The notes below the pieces were generated by a model, which was not told where the DNA came from, searched no databases, and saw only the letters and a program-made list of their open reading frames with translations. Source: Gekko japonicus (Eukaryota). From it: DNA of 64,000 nucleotides. Positions 22,697 to 33,384 of this stretch are shown here, piece after piece (positions within the stretch are counted from its first letter, which is position 1; each line of letters starts with the position of its first letter). A program made the position numbers and the translations under genes. The stretch spans positions 589,538-653,537 of the forward strand of contig NW_015167061.1 of the NCBI RefSeq assembly GCF_001447785.1. The letters are read 5' to 3'.

Positions 22697-25600
22697 TCAA
22701 CTGTCAAGAGGCTCCTCTTCTTTACCAAGGAGAGCGTCTCTCTCTTCAAGCAGTGGAAGTGCCCGCTGCCGGTAGGCAAGGAATTGGAAAGAAATCTGAA
22801 GCAGAGAGTTAAGGACTGTTTCTGTAACTGGCAGGGCTGCCTTTGAACATAAGAAGCCAATGTTGGATCAGGCCAATGGCACATCGAGTCCAACACTCTG
22901 TGTCACACAGTGGCCAAGAATACCAGGTGCCACCAGGAGGTGCAGCAGTGGGGCCAGGACACTGTTGCCCCCCCCCNNNNNNNNNNNNNNNNNNNNNNNN
23001 NNNNNNNNNNNNNNNNNNNNNNNNNNNNNNNNNNNNNNNNNNNNNNNNNNNNNNNNNTGATGGACCTCTGCTCCATGTTTATCCAGTTTCCTCTTGTAGC
23101 CGCTGCCACCTCCCATGGCAGTGAATTCCATGTGTTCATCAGTCTTTGGCTTTGGAACAGGCTCCCTCCCCCCCCCCCCATTCTGGCACCAAAACATTGT
23201 GTAGGAGGGAGTAAGGGTTGGTGGAAGACAGTGGTTCCATTGGCTAGTAGCTGTTGAGAAGCCTAAGTGGATGGACAGTGGACCTCTGGCTGCCAGGTAT
23301 GGAGGGGGGGGGGGTACACAGCCCCAGCGCCCTGTCCCCTGGGAGCAGCATTTCAGGAGAAGGCAGGAGGAGAAGCTGTGCTCCACTGATGGCGACCCAC
23401 CATCAGATCCCCTGCAAGTTCTGATCCCTGACCTGTGAGCTTTGCTGAGGCTTGGAAAGTGAGAGAGAAAAGCAAGAAGGTCACAGTCCAGTAAAGCCAA
23501 ACACAAAAAGAAAACTGTGCAAAAATTGCTGCAGCTTATGCATTTGTTGTTGTTGTTCAGTCGCACAGTCGAGTCCGACTCTTCGCGACCCCATGGATCA
23601 TCTCCCGCCAGGCCCTCCTGGCTTCCGCCGTCCTCTGAAGTTGGCTCAATTTCATGTTCGTTGCATCGATGACACTGTCTAACCATCTCATCCTTTGCCG
23701 TCCCTGTCTTCTTTGACCTTCAATCTTTCCCAGCATCAGGGTCTTCTCCAGTGAGTGCTCCCTTCTCATTTGGTGGCCAAAGTATTTGAGCTTCAGTTTC
23801 ATTATCTGGCCTTCCAGGGAACAGTCAGGGTTGATTTCTTTTAGGATTGACTGATTTGATCTTTTTGCAGTCCAAGGGACTCTCAAGAGTCTTCTCCAGC
23901 ACCATAGTTCAAAAGACATACATAGTTCATACAGACATACAATCACAGAAGTCTTCACAAGGTAATGATGACGAAACTCTCCGGATTAACCATCTCCGTT
24001 TCGTAGCGCCTTCATGATTGCTGTATTTTTATGAAAGGGGTTGTTGATCTCTGATGAAGGCTCTACGAAACGGAAATGGTTAATCCAGAGAGTTTCGTCA
24101 TCATTACCTTGTGAAGACTTCTGTGATTGTATGTCTGAAAAAAACAAATGGACTTTCGGCATTACATGGAAATATAGACTTTTGTGATATCAACTGCAGC
24201 AATTTTTGCACAGTTTCCTTTTTGTGTTTGGCTTTACTGAGGCTTGGAAGGTGGCCTCTCCTGGAACAGGAAACTGACCGGTGCTCACCTCCAGACCGAG
24301 GGGGGCTGCTGGTCCAGCTAGCCCCACATTGCCTGCTCTGACTGGAAGAGACAGTCTTACCTGCCGCCCAGGTTCCTGGAGGAGGGGGTGGTGGTGCTGG
24401 GGACTGAATGTGGGGCCTTCTGACTGCCCGTTGTGTCCTTCCTCTGGGCTACAGCCCCCTTTTGCGCCATGTACACCGCTGGGACAGCCGGCTGAGGATG
24501 GTTTACTCCCATGGTCTTTCCGGACAGAGGATTAAAAGGATACAAATATGTCCAGGGAGAGAACGCCCAGGCTGCCGATCAGCCAGGGGAGGTGGTGGAC
24601 AATGTAGCTGGCCTCACCCTGGCCCAGGTCTGGGTTTTTCAGCAAGACGCTCACGCCGTACAACGTGTTCCCGAGCATCACCAGGGCAAAGAGGGAGTAG
24701 GAGATGCCGCTGGTGGACTTCCTCTGGAACTGCAAGGAGAGAAACACGGTTCAGTCCACGGCCCGGGTGGGAAAGGCTACGCCTTTGCATCAAGGGGCCT
24801 GGTGGCCCTGCATCTGGAATCCGGGGTGCTGTTCTGTTCACCCCCATCTCAAAAAACAAAAAAAAGGAATCTGCCAGAGCTGGGAAAGAGACAGAAGTAG
24901 GGGACAGTCCAAACAGTGGAGAGGTTGAGGAACCTCCCCTACAAGGAGGAGTGAAAATTCAGGGCTTGTTACTTTCTGGGGGGTGGGAGAGAAAATACTA
25001 AGAAGGGACGGGGATGCTATTGGAGAATTCTTTTTTTTTTTTTATAAAGTTTATTTTAAAGTTTCCAATATACAACATATTCTCGATTTACATTTATCAT
25101 TCTTATGAGTCACACATAGTCTCTTTATCCAACCATACATAAAACCTTCTCCATCTTTTTTCAAATATCTCTTTACTAGAACCTTTCAATAATAAGCTTA
25201 ATTTGTCCATTTCGGTTACCGATAACATTTTGTCGATTATATCATTTCTAGAGGGTAGATCCTCTTGTTTCCATTTTCTGGCTAATAGTATTCTAGCTGT
25301 TGTAAGAAAATATGTAATTACATACTTATTTGTTTTAGTATATAATTCTGGGAGCATGTTTAGTAGGGCTATCTCTGGCACAAATGGAATTGGTTCTTCA
25401 GTTATTTCATTTATCATTCCAAATACTTTTTTCCAGTAACTCTGAACTTTCTCACACCTCCACCACATATGTATAAATGTTCCTACGTTTCTTTTACATT
25501 TCCAACAGTTCTTATTAGGGGTGCCATAACACTTTGCTAATTTTTCCGGTGTCCAGTGCCATCTGTAGAACATCTTGTATATATTTTCTTTATATGGGAT

Positions 25601-28600
25601 TGCACGCATAAATTTTATCGACTGCCATGTTTTTCCCCATTGTTCAGCCTCTAAAGTATATTGGAGGTCCTTTGACCACTTAAGCATAGTTCCTTTAATC
25701 GTATCATCTGCCAAATAGTCTGACATTAATAATTTGTACAGTTTTTGTATTAATTTGTCACTTGAGGACAACCAAATTTTGTCAAGGTCGTTTTTCTCTT
25801 TGTAGAAACCCACTTTTTTATCTCTGTTATATCTTGAATTTAATTGCATTATATCCCACCAAGTGAGTTTCACTTTTTGCTTATCTAATTGATCTACACT
25901 TTTCAGATTTTCATTATCATCTAGTATGTCTTCGTATGTGACTTGCCACCTTTTCTCCATCAGAGTCGGTATCATTTCTGCTTCAATCGGTGCTACCCAT
26001 TTAGGTGTTTTTAGATAGTATTTTGATTTTATTTCCTTCCAAATACCTATTAAGGCTCCCCTTATCGTGTGGTGTGTATAGTTCTTTGGTGTTCTACATT
26101 CATCATACCAGATATATTTATGCCATCCTGACGCTAGATCATGTCCTTCCAGTTTTAACAGTCTAGGGTTTTCTAGTGTTATCCAGTCTTTAATCCATAC
26201 GAGTGCCGATGCTTTGTAGTATAAATTCCAGTTTGGCACTCCGAGGCCACCCGTCTCTTTTTTGTCCTGCAGATATTTATGGTTGATTCTTGGCTTTTTA
26301 TTATCCCATATAAATCTATTACATGTCTTTTCTAGGTCTTTAAAATATAGTGTTTTTCTTAGAATTGGTATATTTTGGGCCAGGAAAATGAACCTAGGTA
26401 AGACGTTCATCTTCACAGCAGCAATTCTGCCCATCATGGATAGTTTTAGATCTTTCCACCTATTGGAGAGGTGGAAAGCTATTGGAGAATTCTGTGATTA
26501 TGAACGAATTTAGAGCCCACTGGGGGGCACCTTTAAGGCCGACAAAGGTTTATTCAAGGTCTGAGCGTTCGTGTACCTTTGTCGGTCTTAAAGGTGCCCC
26601 CACAGGGCTCTAAATTCGTTCTGCTGCTTCAGACCAATATGGCTGCCCCACCTGGAGCTATGCTTATGAACACTGGAGGCAGAGAGAAAACAGCAGGGAA
26701 AGAATCCTCTCCCCTGTAGTACAGAGAAACACTGGATCACCAAAGAAAATGGGCAGTAATCTCACAGCGGCCAGAAGGAAGCATCTGATCACTTTAGGCA
26801 CAGTTGAACGCGTGGGACTCACCACCACACGATGTAAAATGAGGTGCGCTAATGATATCCCCTTTAAAGGGGGCACACTGGTATGAGTCAGGACGCAATA
26901 TTCCCTCTAAGCTGAGTTAGTGTGAGCTAGCTCACAGTTTTTTAGCCTCCGGCTCACACATTTTTGTCCTAGCTCAGGAAGGAGGGCTCCAGAGCAAACT
27001 AGTTTATGCAGCAGCCAAATGGCTCGCTCACAACTTTAATGCCAGTAGCTCACAAAGTAGGATTTTTGCTCGCAAGACTCCACAGCTTAGAGGGAACATT
27101 GGTCAGGAGCGATGCTCCCTCTAAGCCGTGGAGTCTCATGAGCAGAAATTCTACTGTGTGAGCTCCTGGCATTACAGTTGTGAGTGAGCCACTTGGCTAC
27201 TGCATCAATTAGTTTGCTCTGGAGCCCCATCCTTCCTGAGCTGAGGCAAAAATCCATGCGCAGAGGCAGCCTGCCTTTGAATGCTAGAAGCTTGGGGACA
27301 GCTAGGGGCGGTCTCTTGCCTTTATGCTCCTCCGATCCAGCCAGGCAATTCTTCACTTACATTCTGGATTTTGCTGGTGGGCCTCTGGACTAAGATTCCG
27401 GCTTGGCCCACAGTCAAGCCTTCCCCCCGTCCATGCCACACTTGAGGGATCTGTTTATTGTATTTCCCCCCCTCTAACCTCTTTTACCAACTCAAGACCT
27501 TTGCAACGTATCTTGCTCAGCTTGGACTGAAGAAAGAGTTCCCAGCAAGCCCTAGACCCCAGCAAGTTTGGGCAGACGTCTCTCCAACTGTGGCTTGGGG
27601 GAGCGGGTTCCCTCTCAAAATGCACTGGCTCGAAATGCTTACGTTCTTGTAGATCTGGGGGACGCGAGAGAGCAGGTACAGCAGTGATGAAACGGACCCG
27701 ATCACAAAGCCAATGATTTCCTTCTTGGTGAAGGGCTGCAGGAGAAAGCGGCAGTTAGGGGAAAGGCCACGGCTTTCTTAAGAACCTCCTGTCCAGAAGA
27801 AGCCACGGCAGAGCTTCTGGTCACCCCCATCTCCAAACAAAACCCCCAAACCCCACAAGATCTCCTAAGGCTGGGAAAGGGGCCACCAGAATGAGGCTGG
27901 AGAACAAGGAAATAGCGTCAGAGTAGGCTTTTCAGTGGCAGGAAGCCAGGACTGAGAAGGGACACGCTTGACCAAGGAGACGAAGGTTCTATGTGGAATA
28001 GAGAGAATATTCCAAATCCTTTGCATACTTAATTGTAGATTTTCCGGGCTGTGTGGCCGTGGTCTTGGGCACTGTAGTCCCTGAGGTTTCGCCAGCAGCT
28101 GTGACTGGCATCTTCAGAGATATAAGAGGAGGAGGAGATTGGATTTATACCCTGCCCTTCACTACCCAAAGGAGTCTCAGAGCGGCTTACGAACTCCTTT
28201 CCCTTCCCCTCCCCACCACAGACACCCTGTGAGGCAGGTGGGGCTGAGAGAGCTCTGACAGAAACTGCTCTTTTTCAAGGACAGCTGTGCCAGAACTACG
28301 GCTTGCCCGAGGTCATCCAGCAGGTGCAAGTGGAGGAGTGGGGAATCAAACCTGGTTCTCCCAGATTAGAGTCCGCGCACTTAACCACTACACCAAACTG
28401 GTTCAGCTTGGACTGCGGAGAGAGAGAAAGATGAAGTACTCTGTGTCAATTGTATGTCACGGCCATAAAGCCCGGAAAATCTACAACTACTAATGAACTC
28501 CGGCCGCGAAAGCCTTCGACAACCTTTGCATGATTAATATGTTGCATTCACAAGATGCAGCGAACAGGAGGCTGGGCTGGGTCACAGAGGGCCAGTGGCT

Positions 28601-31600
28601 ACTAGCCCTCTCAGCTAAGCAGAGCAGCATCTCTGGTGACAAGGGGAGGGAGAGGCCTGCCTGGAAACCTCCGGGAAGAGCGCCATTGATCTATGCCGCA
28701 AACAGGAAGCAGAACGATGTGGGGTTTTGGCCAGATAGGGCTCCTCCGACGTCCCACTATGGCAGGGGGGCTCCTTTTGTGACCAGCTCTCTCTGAGCTA
28801 CAACTTGTGCTAGATGGCCCTGAAGCCTCCCTCCCTCCCTCCCTCCCTCCCTCCCTCCTTGGGCTCCTCCAGCAGGTCAGTGGCTCTAAACAGAATCGGG
28901 TAGCTGGGCCCAGCTTAGGGGCTGGCTATCACGCCCACCAGACCGTGCCACAAACCAGCCCCCCGCCCCTTTCCCAAAAGGGACGTGCCTCCCATCCGGA
29001 TTCCTCCGTCTCCATGGAGAGAAGCATTCTGCCTTGGAACAGCCGGGTTCTCTCGCTGCTGGGAGGCACGGGTCTGCCCAGCAGGGACGTTGTCGACACC
29101 GTTCCCAGCAAAAGGATGGTAAAGACGGCATTAATCGGGGCCGAAACTGCAGGTGGAGAGAGAGAAAGAGAAACTGGGTGAGCACCTGCGTCCTTTCTCA
29201 AGCAGATTTTGCTTTAATTTTTCCTCCAAAGTAGTAGTGGTGGGGGGGTGGGGGGGAGGAGGAGGAATAATAATTTATACCCCGCCCTTCACTTACAAAC
29301 TCCATTCCCTTCCCCTCCCCACAACAGGACACTCTGTGAGGCAGGTGGGGCCGAGAGAGCTCTTTCAAGAACTGCCCTTTTTCAAGGACAGCTCGTCAGA
29401 ACTAGGACTTGCCCAAGGTCACACCAGCAGCTGCAAGTGGAGGAGTGGGGAATCAAACCTGGTTCTCCCAGATTAGAGTCTGCGCACTTAACCACCACAC
29501 CAAACTAGGGAAGGAAGGCACCTCTGCCATAGAGTCCACCCTCCAAAGAAGAAAAGAGACTGGATTTATACCCTGCCCTTCACTACCCAGAGGAGTCTCA
29601 GAGCGGCTTACAATCTCCTTCCCCTCCCCACAACAGACAGACACCCTGTGAGGTCGGTGGGGCTGAGAGAGCTCTGGCAGAAACTGCTCTTTTTCAAGGA
29701 CAGCTCTTGTCAGAACTAGGACTTGCCCAAGGCCATCCAGCTGGTGCAAGTGGAGGAGTGGGGAATCAAACCCGGTTCTCCCAGATTAGAGTCCGCGCTC
29801 CTAACTATTACACCAAAACTGATTTCTCACCAGGTTTGTTGTTTTCATACACGAATAAATGAAACTGCCTCAGTAGAGAGGGTCTGAACTCTTCTCTGCA
29901 CCTGATTTGCTCTTTGGGGGGCAGCTAAGGCACCAGAGGATCTTATCCAAGTTCTGACCCCCAAAGCATAAGGATATCTCAAAGAGACAGAGGCAATTTG
30001 GTTAGCGGCAGACAGGAAGTCGTTCAGAGTTCAACCACCTTCCTGAAGATCGTGAAAGGCCGCGATTAGAACCGAGGCCAGAAACAAAGCCGTATTCCAA
30101 GCGCGGTGCCCTCCTGCGTGGAGTCTTTGGGTCAGAAATGAGGGGGCGGATTAGTTTAGATCCTCAGGGCAGGGGACCAGCTGAGATCTGGAATGAATCA
30201 GGTGTGCCTCTGAGCATGCGAAGAGAAGCATTTTCCTCATCCACACCTCCTCCCCACCTGGAAGTCCAGGGGACACTGCAGTGCCTTCCGTGGAGGCTGG
30301 AACCTCAGAACTTCTCACAGCGGGAAGCTGCTGGAAAACACTGGCAGACGCTTGACCTGTGCCAGGAGACACCAACAGTCACGTGGCCAGCTACAGTGCC
30401 GAACCCCTGCACAGAAAATGGGACCAGGGCTGGAGCTCTGGTGCAAGTTAAACCCACAGGAATGGTGAACAAGCAGCCACGTTTCATGGTGATTCATTCC
30501 AAAGGCCTCTGCCCCAGAGGCATCTTTTCGGTTGGTGTTTAGTAGATTTGTTACTCACAGCTTCTGTTCTGGTTCTTAATTTTGTAGTACAGGTACAGGG
30601 AGATCATGAGGAGGTCAGCGAGGACATAGTAGATGGCCGTGTAAACCTGCGGGAGGGAAAGGCACCGTTAGTAGAGCGAGGCGGGCAGACCGGACCGAAG
30701 AGATCCGGGGTTCTCCACCNNNNNNNNNNNNNNNNNNNNNNNNNNNNNNNNAAGTTAACAACCGTGCATAAGCTGCACAAACAGTCCTCCTCCCCAAACT
30801 CAGCTCCCAGAAGAGGAAGAGATTGGATTTATACCCTGCCCTTCACTCGGAGTCTTAGAGCAGCCTACAAACTCCTTTCCCTTCCCCTCCCCACAACAGA
30901 CACCCTGTGAGGTGGGAGGGGCTGAGAGAGCTCTTTCCAGAGCTGCCCTTGAGAGAACAGCTCTGAGAGAACTACGGCTTGCCCAAGGTCATCCAGCCAG
31001 GTGTGAGTGGAGGAGTGGGGAATCAAACCCGGTTCTCCCAGATTAGAGTTCACAGACTTAACCACTACACGAAACTGGCTGCTTTGCTTTCTCCGCAGGC
31101 TGTTTTGAGACCCATTTAGGTGAACAGGAGTGTAGGTGGGGAGGGCGGGGGCTTTACCTGCAGCGGGAGCTGGTCGGCCAAGACCGAGCCAATGAAATTC
31201 AACAGATCTCCTCCCAGCCATCCCAAGAGGAAATAGATGGACAGGGCCTGATCCATGATGCCAGTTTTGCAGGCCTGGTAGTATTGGCTGAAGGACACGA
31301 GTGGAGAGAGAAGCAGTTAGAGAAAAAAGAAGAGAAGATCGGATTTCTACCCCGCCCTTCACTACCCCGCCCTTCACTACCCAAAGGAGTCTCAGAGCGG
31401 CTTACCATCCCCTTTCCCTCCCCCTCCCCACAACAGACACCCTGCGAGGCAGGTGGGGCTGAGAGCGCTCTCTCGAGGACTGCCCTTGAGAGAACAGCTC
31501 CGAGAAAACTTATGCCTGACCCAAGGTCACACCAGCTGCTGCATGTGGAGGAGGAGTGGGGAATCAAACCCCATTCTCCCAGATTAGAGTCCGTGCACCT

Positions 31601-33384
31601 CACCACTACACCAAACTGGCTCTCACTGGATTGGAAAGAGCCACTTGCCAGCGGCGGGAGGGGAGGGAGTCGATCGCCTCCACCCTCCAGGCGATCTGGC
31701 CGGGAACAGCCGAGTTCAGTTTGTTCCTTTTACGGCCCCAAGGCATCATTCAGCTATTATTCTGTTGTACTCCTGTGTCAATTTCATTTTTTTAAAAACT
31801 GAAGGCTAATCCTGTTCCAGGATAAACACCAGAGACCAGAACTGCGCATCATATCACATACTCTGATTTTAAAGAGAAGAAAAGCCTCACTAATGTTGCA
31901 AAGATAGGGTGGTTGTGTTGGTGTGTAGAAGAATAGCTAGATTTGATTCCAGTATACCCCAAAGATCTTGCCCCTAAGGTGCTGCTAACGGACTCCACGG
32001 TCCTGCACGGAGCACAGGGTTGGACTAGATGGCCTGTGGGGACACTTCCAATGCTACAATTCCAGGAGGCATAAATACAATTTTTAACATCTCGTCGTTT
32101 CACAATGACCATTAAATGGCTTTTGCGATTAGCACAGATGACAAACTGACTAGCAATTGACATAAAAACGAATGCTTAAAAAGAAAATACCCAGCTAGTC
32201 AACTGATCATCTCTTTCATCGGTCAAACGGATGCAATTTTTAGGCAGATTTTGGGGAGTCAGGATGGGGTTATGAACATTACTCCCTCTAAACTGTGGAG
32301 TCTTGACAGCAAAAATTCTACTTTGTGAGCTCCTGGCATTAAAGTTGTGAGCGAGCGATTTGGCTATTGCGTAAATCAGTTTGGTCCGCAGCCCTCTTTC
32401 CTGAGCCAAGACAAAAATGTGTGTGAGCCGGAGGCTAAAAAATGGCGAGCTAGCTCACACTAGTGGCGCTGCGGTGGCTCAAGTGATTAAGACGCTGAAC
32501 TGCAGGCTGTGGAAGGTCGGTAGTTCAGCAGTTCGAGACCGGGGTGCCGCAAGACGGAGTGAGCTCCCGTCTCTAGTTCCCGCTCCTGCCAACCTAGCAG
32601 TTCGAAAGCAAGAAATGGCAAGTAGATAAATAGGGACCACTTCGGTGGGAAGGTAACAGCGTTCCGTGCGCCTTGGTGTTTAGTCATGCCGGCCACATGA
32701 CCACGGAAACGTCTTCGGACAGCGCTGGCTCTTCGGCTTGGAAACGGAGATGAGCACCGCAACCCTAGAGTCGGATTCAACTGGCTTTCGAGCAAGGGAA
32801 CCTTTACCTTTACCTAGCTTACACTAACTCAGCTTAGTGGGAAGACTGGTTATGAACACTCGAGGGGTTCACGTGGAGTGGGGTGGGGTGGGTGGTGGGG
32901 TACTGCCAGCAAGTTTGATGGGTGGAGTTTGCAGCTGTTTGTGGTGGCACTTCTGCTGGAAGGGGGTCAAGCCGTTTCAGGATGTCCCCAGGCGCTCTGG
33001 GAACAGGAACTGGAGCTGTGGCCAACCACGTGCAGAGAAGGATCGTGTGCCGGGCCAGGAAGTGAGTCACTCCTCCAGCACTGCTTAGACTCACAGCCAC
33101 AGACCCGCCCGGGTCAGTCTGGTGCAGGAGACACGGCACGTGAGTCCCCCACCCCCACCCAAGTTCTCCCACCCGAAGGTCTCTTCAGCTCTCAAGAGGA
33201 ACCGGCCCTCGACTTACGGGAAGGAAGCCGCAGCAAAGCAGAGGATGGAAACCAGGCCCAGCACCACGCTGGCGATGTCCCTGCCGTCCCGGGCACACTC
33301 GGAGAAGATCTCCCACACCCACCGGGTGCCGTTGGGGCAGTCGGAGAAATTCCCCTGGAGGGAATCCCAAAACTGAGCGGCCAT
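22697..33384 (-). CDS. SLC66A1: Lysosomal cationic amino-acid transporter (PQ-loop protein PQLC2/LAAT-1), about 306 aa. Exons (minus strand): 33384-33218, 31287-31158, 30646-30559, 29146-28989, 27735-27643, 24729-24544, 22795-22697
   Basis: MAAQFWDSLQGNFSDCPNGTRWVWEIFSEC..AASFP|QYYQACKTGIMDQALS..LADQLPLQ|VYTAIYYVLADL..|FSAPINAV..ESGWE|PFTKKEIIGFVIGS..SRVPQIYKN|FQRKSTSGISYSLF..LDIF|ISFQFLAY..EERDALLGKEEEPLDS*. Two PQ motifs and a C-terminal acidic dileucine motif (ERDALL). Exon lengths sum to 921 nt in frame. Confidence 0.95.
23489..24239. mobile_element. Penelope-like inverted-repeat element interrupted by BovB
   Basis: Outer arms 23489-23534 / 24194-24239 and inner arms ~23932-24016 / 24054-24138 are reverse complements. 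Contains CTGATGA..GAAAC..GTC. Confidence 0.6.
23544..23913 (-). mobile_element. RTE-BovB LINE 3' fragment
   Basis: FELWCWRRLLRVPWTAKRSNQSILKEINPDCSLEG..KSRTRLCD with a (CAA)n tail. Confidence 0.92.
25032..26477 (-). mobile_element. 5'-truncated L1 LINE (ORF2 C-terminal 444 aa, open frame 26437-25103)
   Basis: GRIAAVKMNVLPRF..FIW..GGLGVPN..CWKCKRNVGTFIHMWWRC (CCHC). AATAAA and poly(A) tail; 16-bp TSD GCTATTGGAGAATTCT at 25016-25031 and 26478-26493. Confidence 0.93.
28035..28522. mobile_element. Penelope-like pLTR remnant interrupted by a Squam3-type SINE
   Basis: Inverted GTAGATTTTCCGGGCT / AGCCCGGAAAATCTAC ends. The minus strand reads CTGAAGATGCCAG..CTGGCGAAAC. Confidence 0.6.
28124..28400 (-). 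mobile_element. Squam3-type tRNA-derived SINE. Other copies: minus 29255-29506, 29546-29820, 30809-31080, 31320-31623, 33806-34042, 62646-62940; plus 41006-41508, 44498-44775, 45439-45693, 52567-52849, 57982-58105, 58718-59000
   Basis: Head CCAGTTTGGTGTAGTGGTTAAG..GGTTTGATTCCCC, an L2-like 3' end and a microsatellite tail (TCT/TCC/TTA). Confidence 0.8.
32463..32813 (+). mobile_element. Sauria SINE nested in MITE family A
   Basis: Full-length copy with a 13-bp TSD CTAGCT(C/T)ACACTA. Confidence 0.9.

Larger units (their letters stand above)
22796..24543 (-). other. SLC66A1: U12-type (minor spliceosome) GT-AG intron, last intron of SLC66A1
   Basis: 5' splice site GTATCCTTTT (24543-24534). Branch site TCCTTAAC (22815-22808) lies 12 nt from the 3' splice site with no long polypyrimidine tract. 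Confidence 0.92.

Noticed and set aside
24408-25001. Plus-strand ORFs antisense to SLC66A1 exons, and similar shadow ORFs elsewhere
   Set aside because: GC-rich antisense frames of real exons or TEs.
25103-26437. 444-aa ORF as a host gene
   Set aside because: It is a truncated L1 ORF2 with TSD and poly(A) tail.
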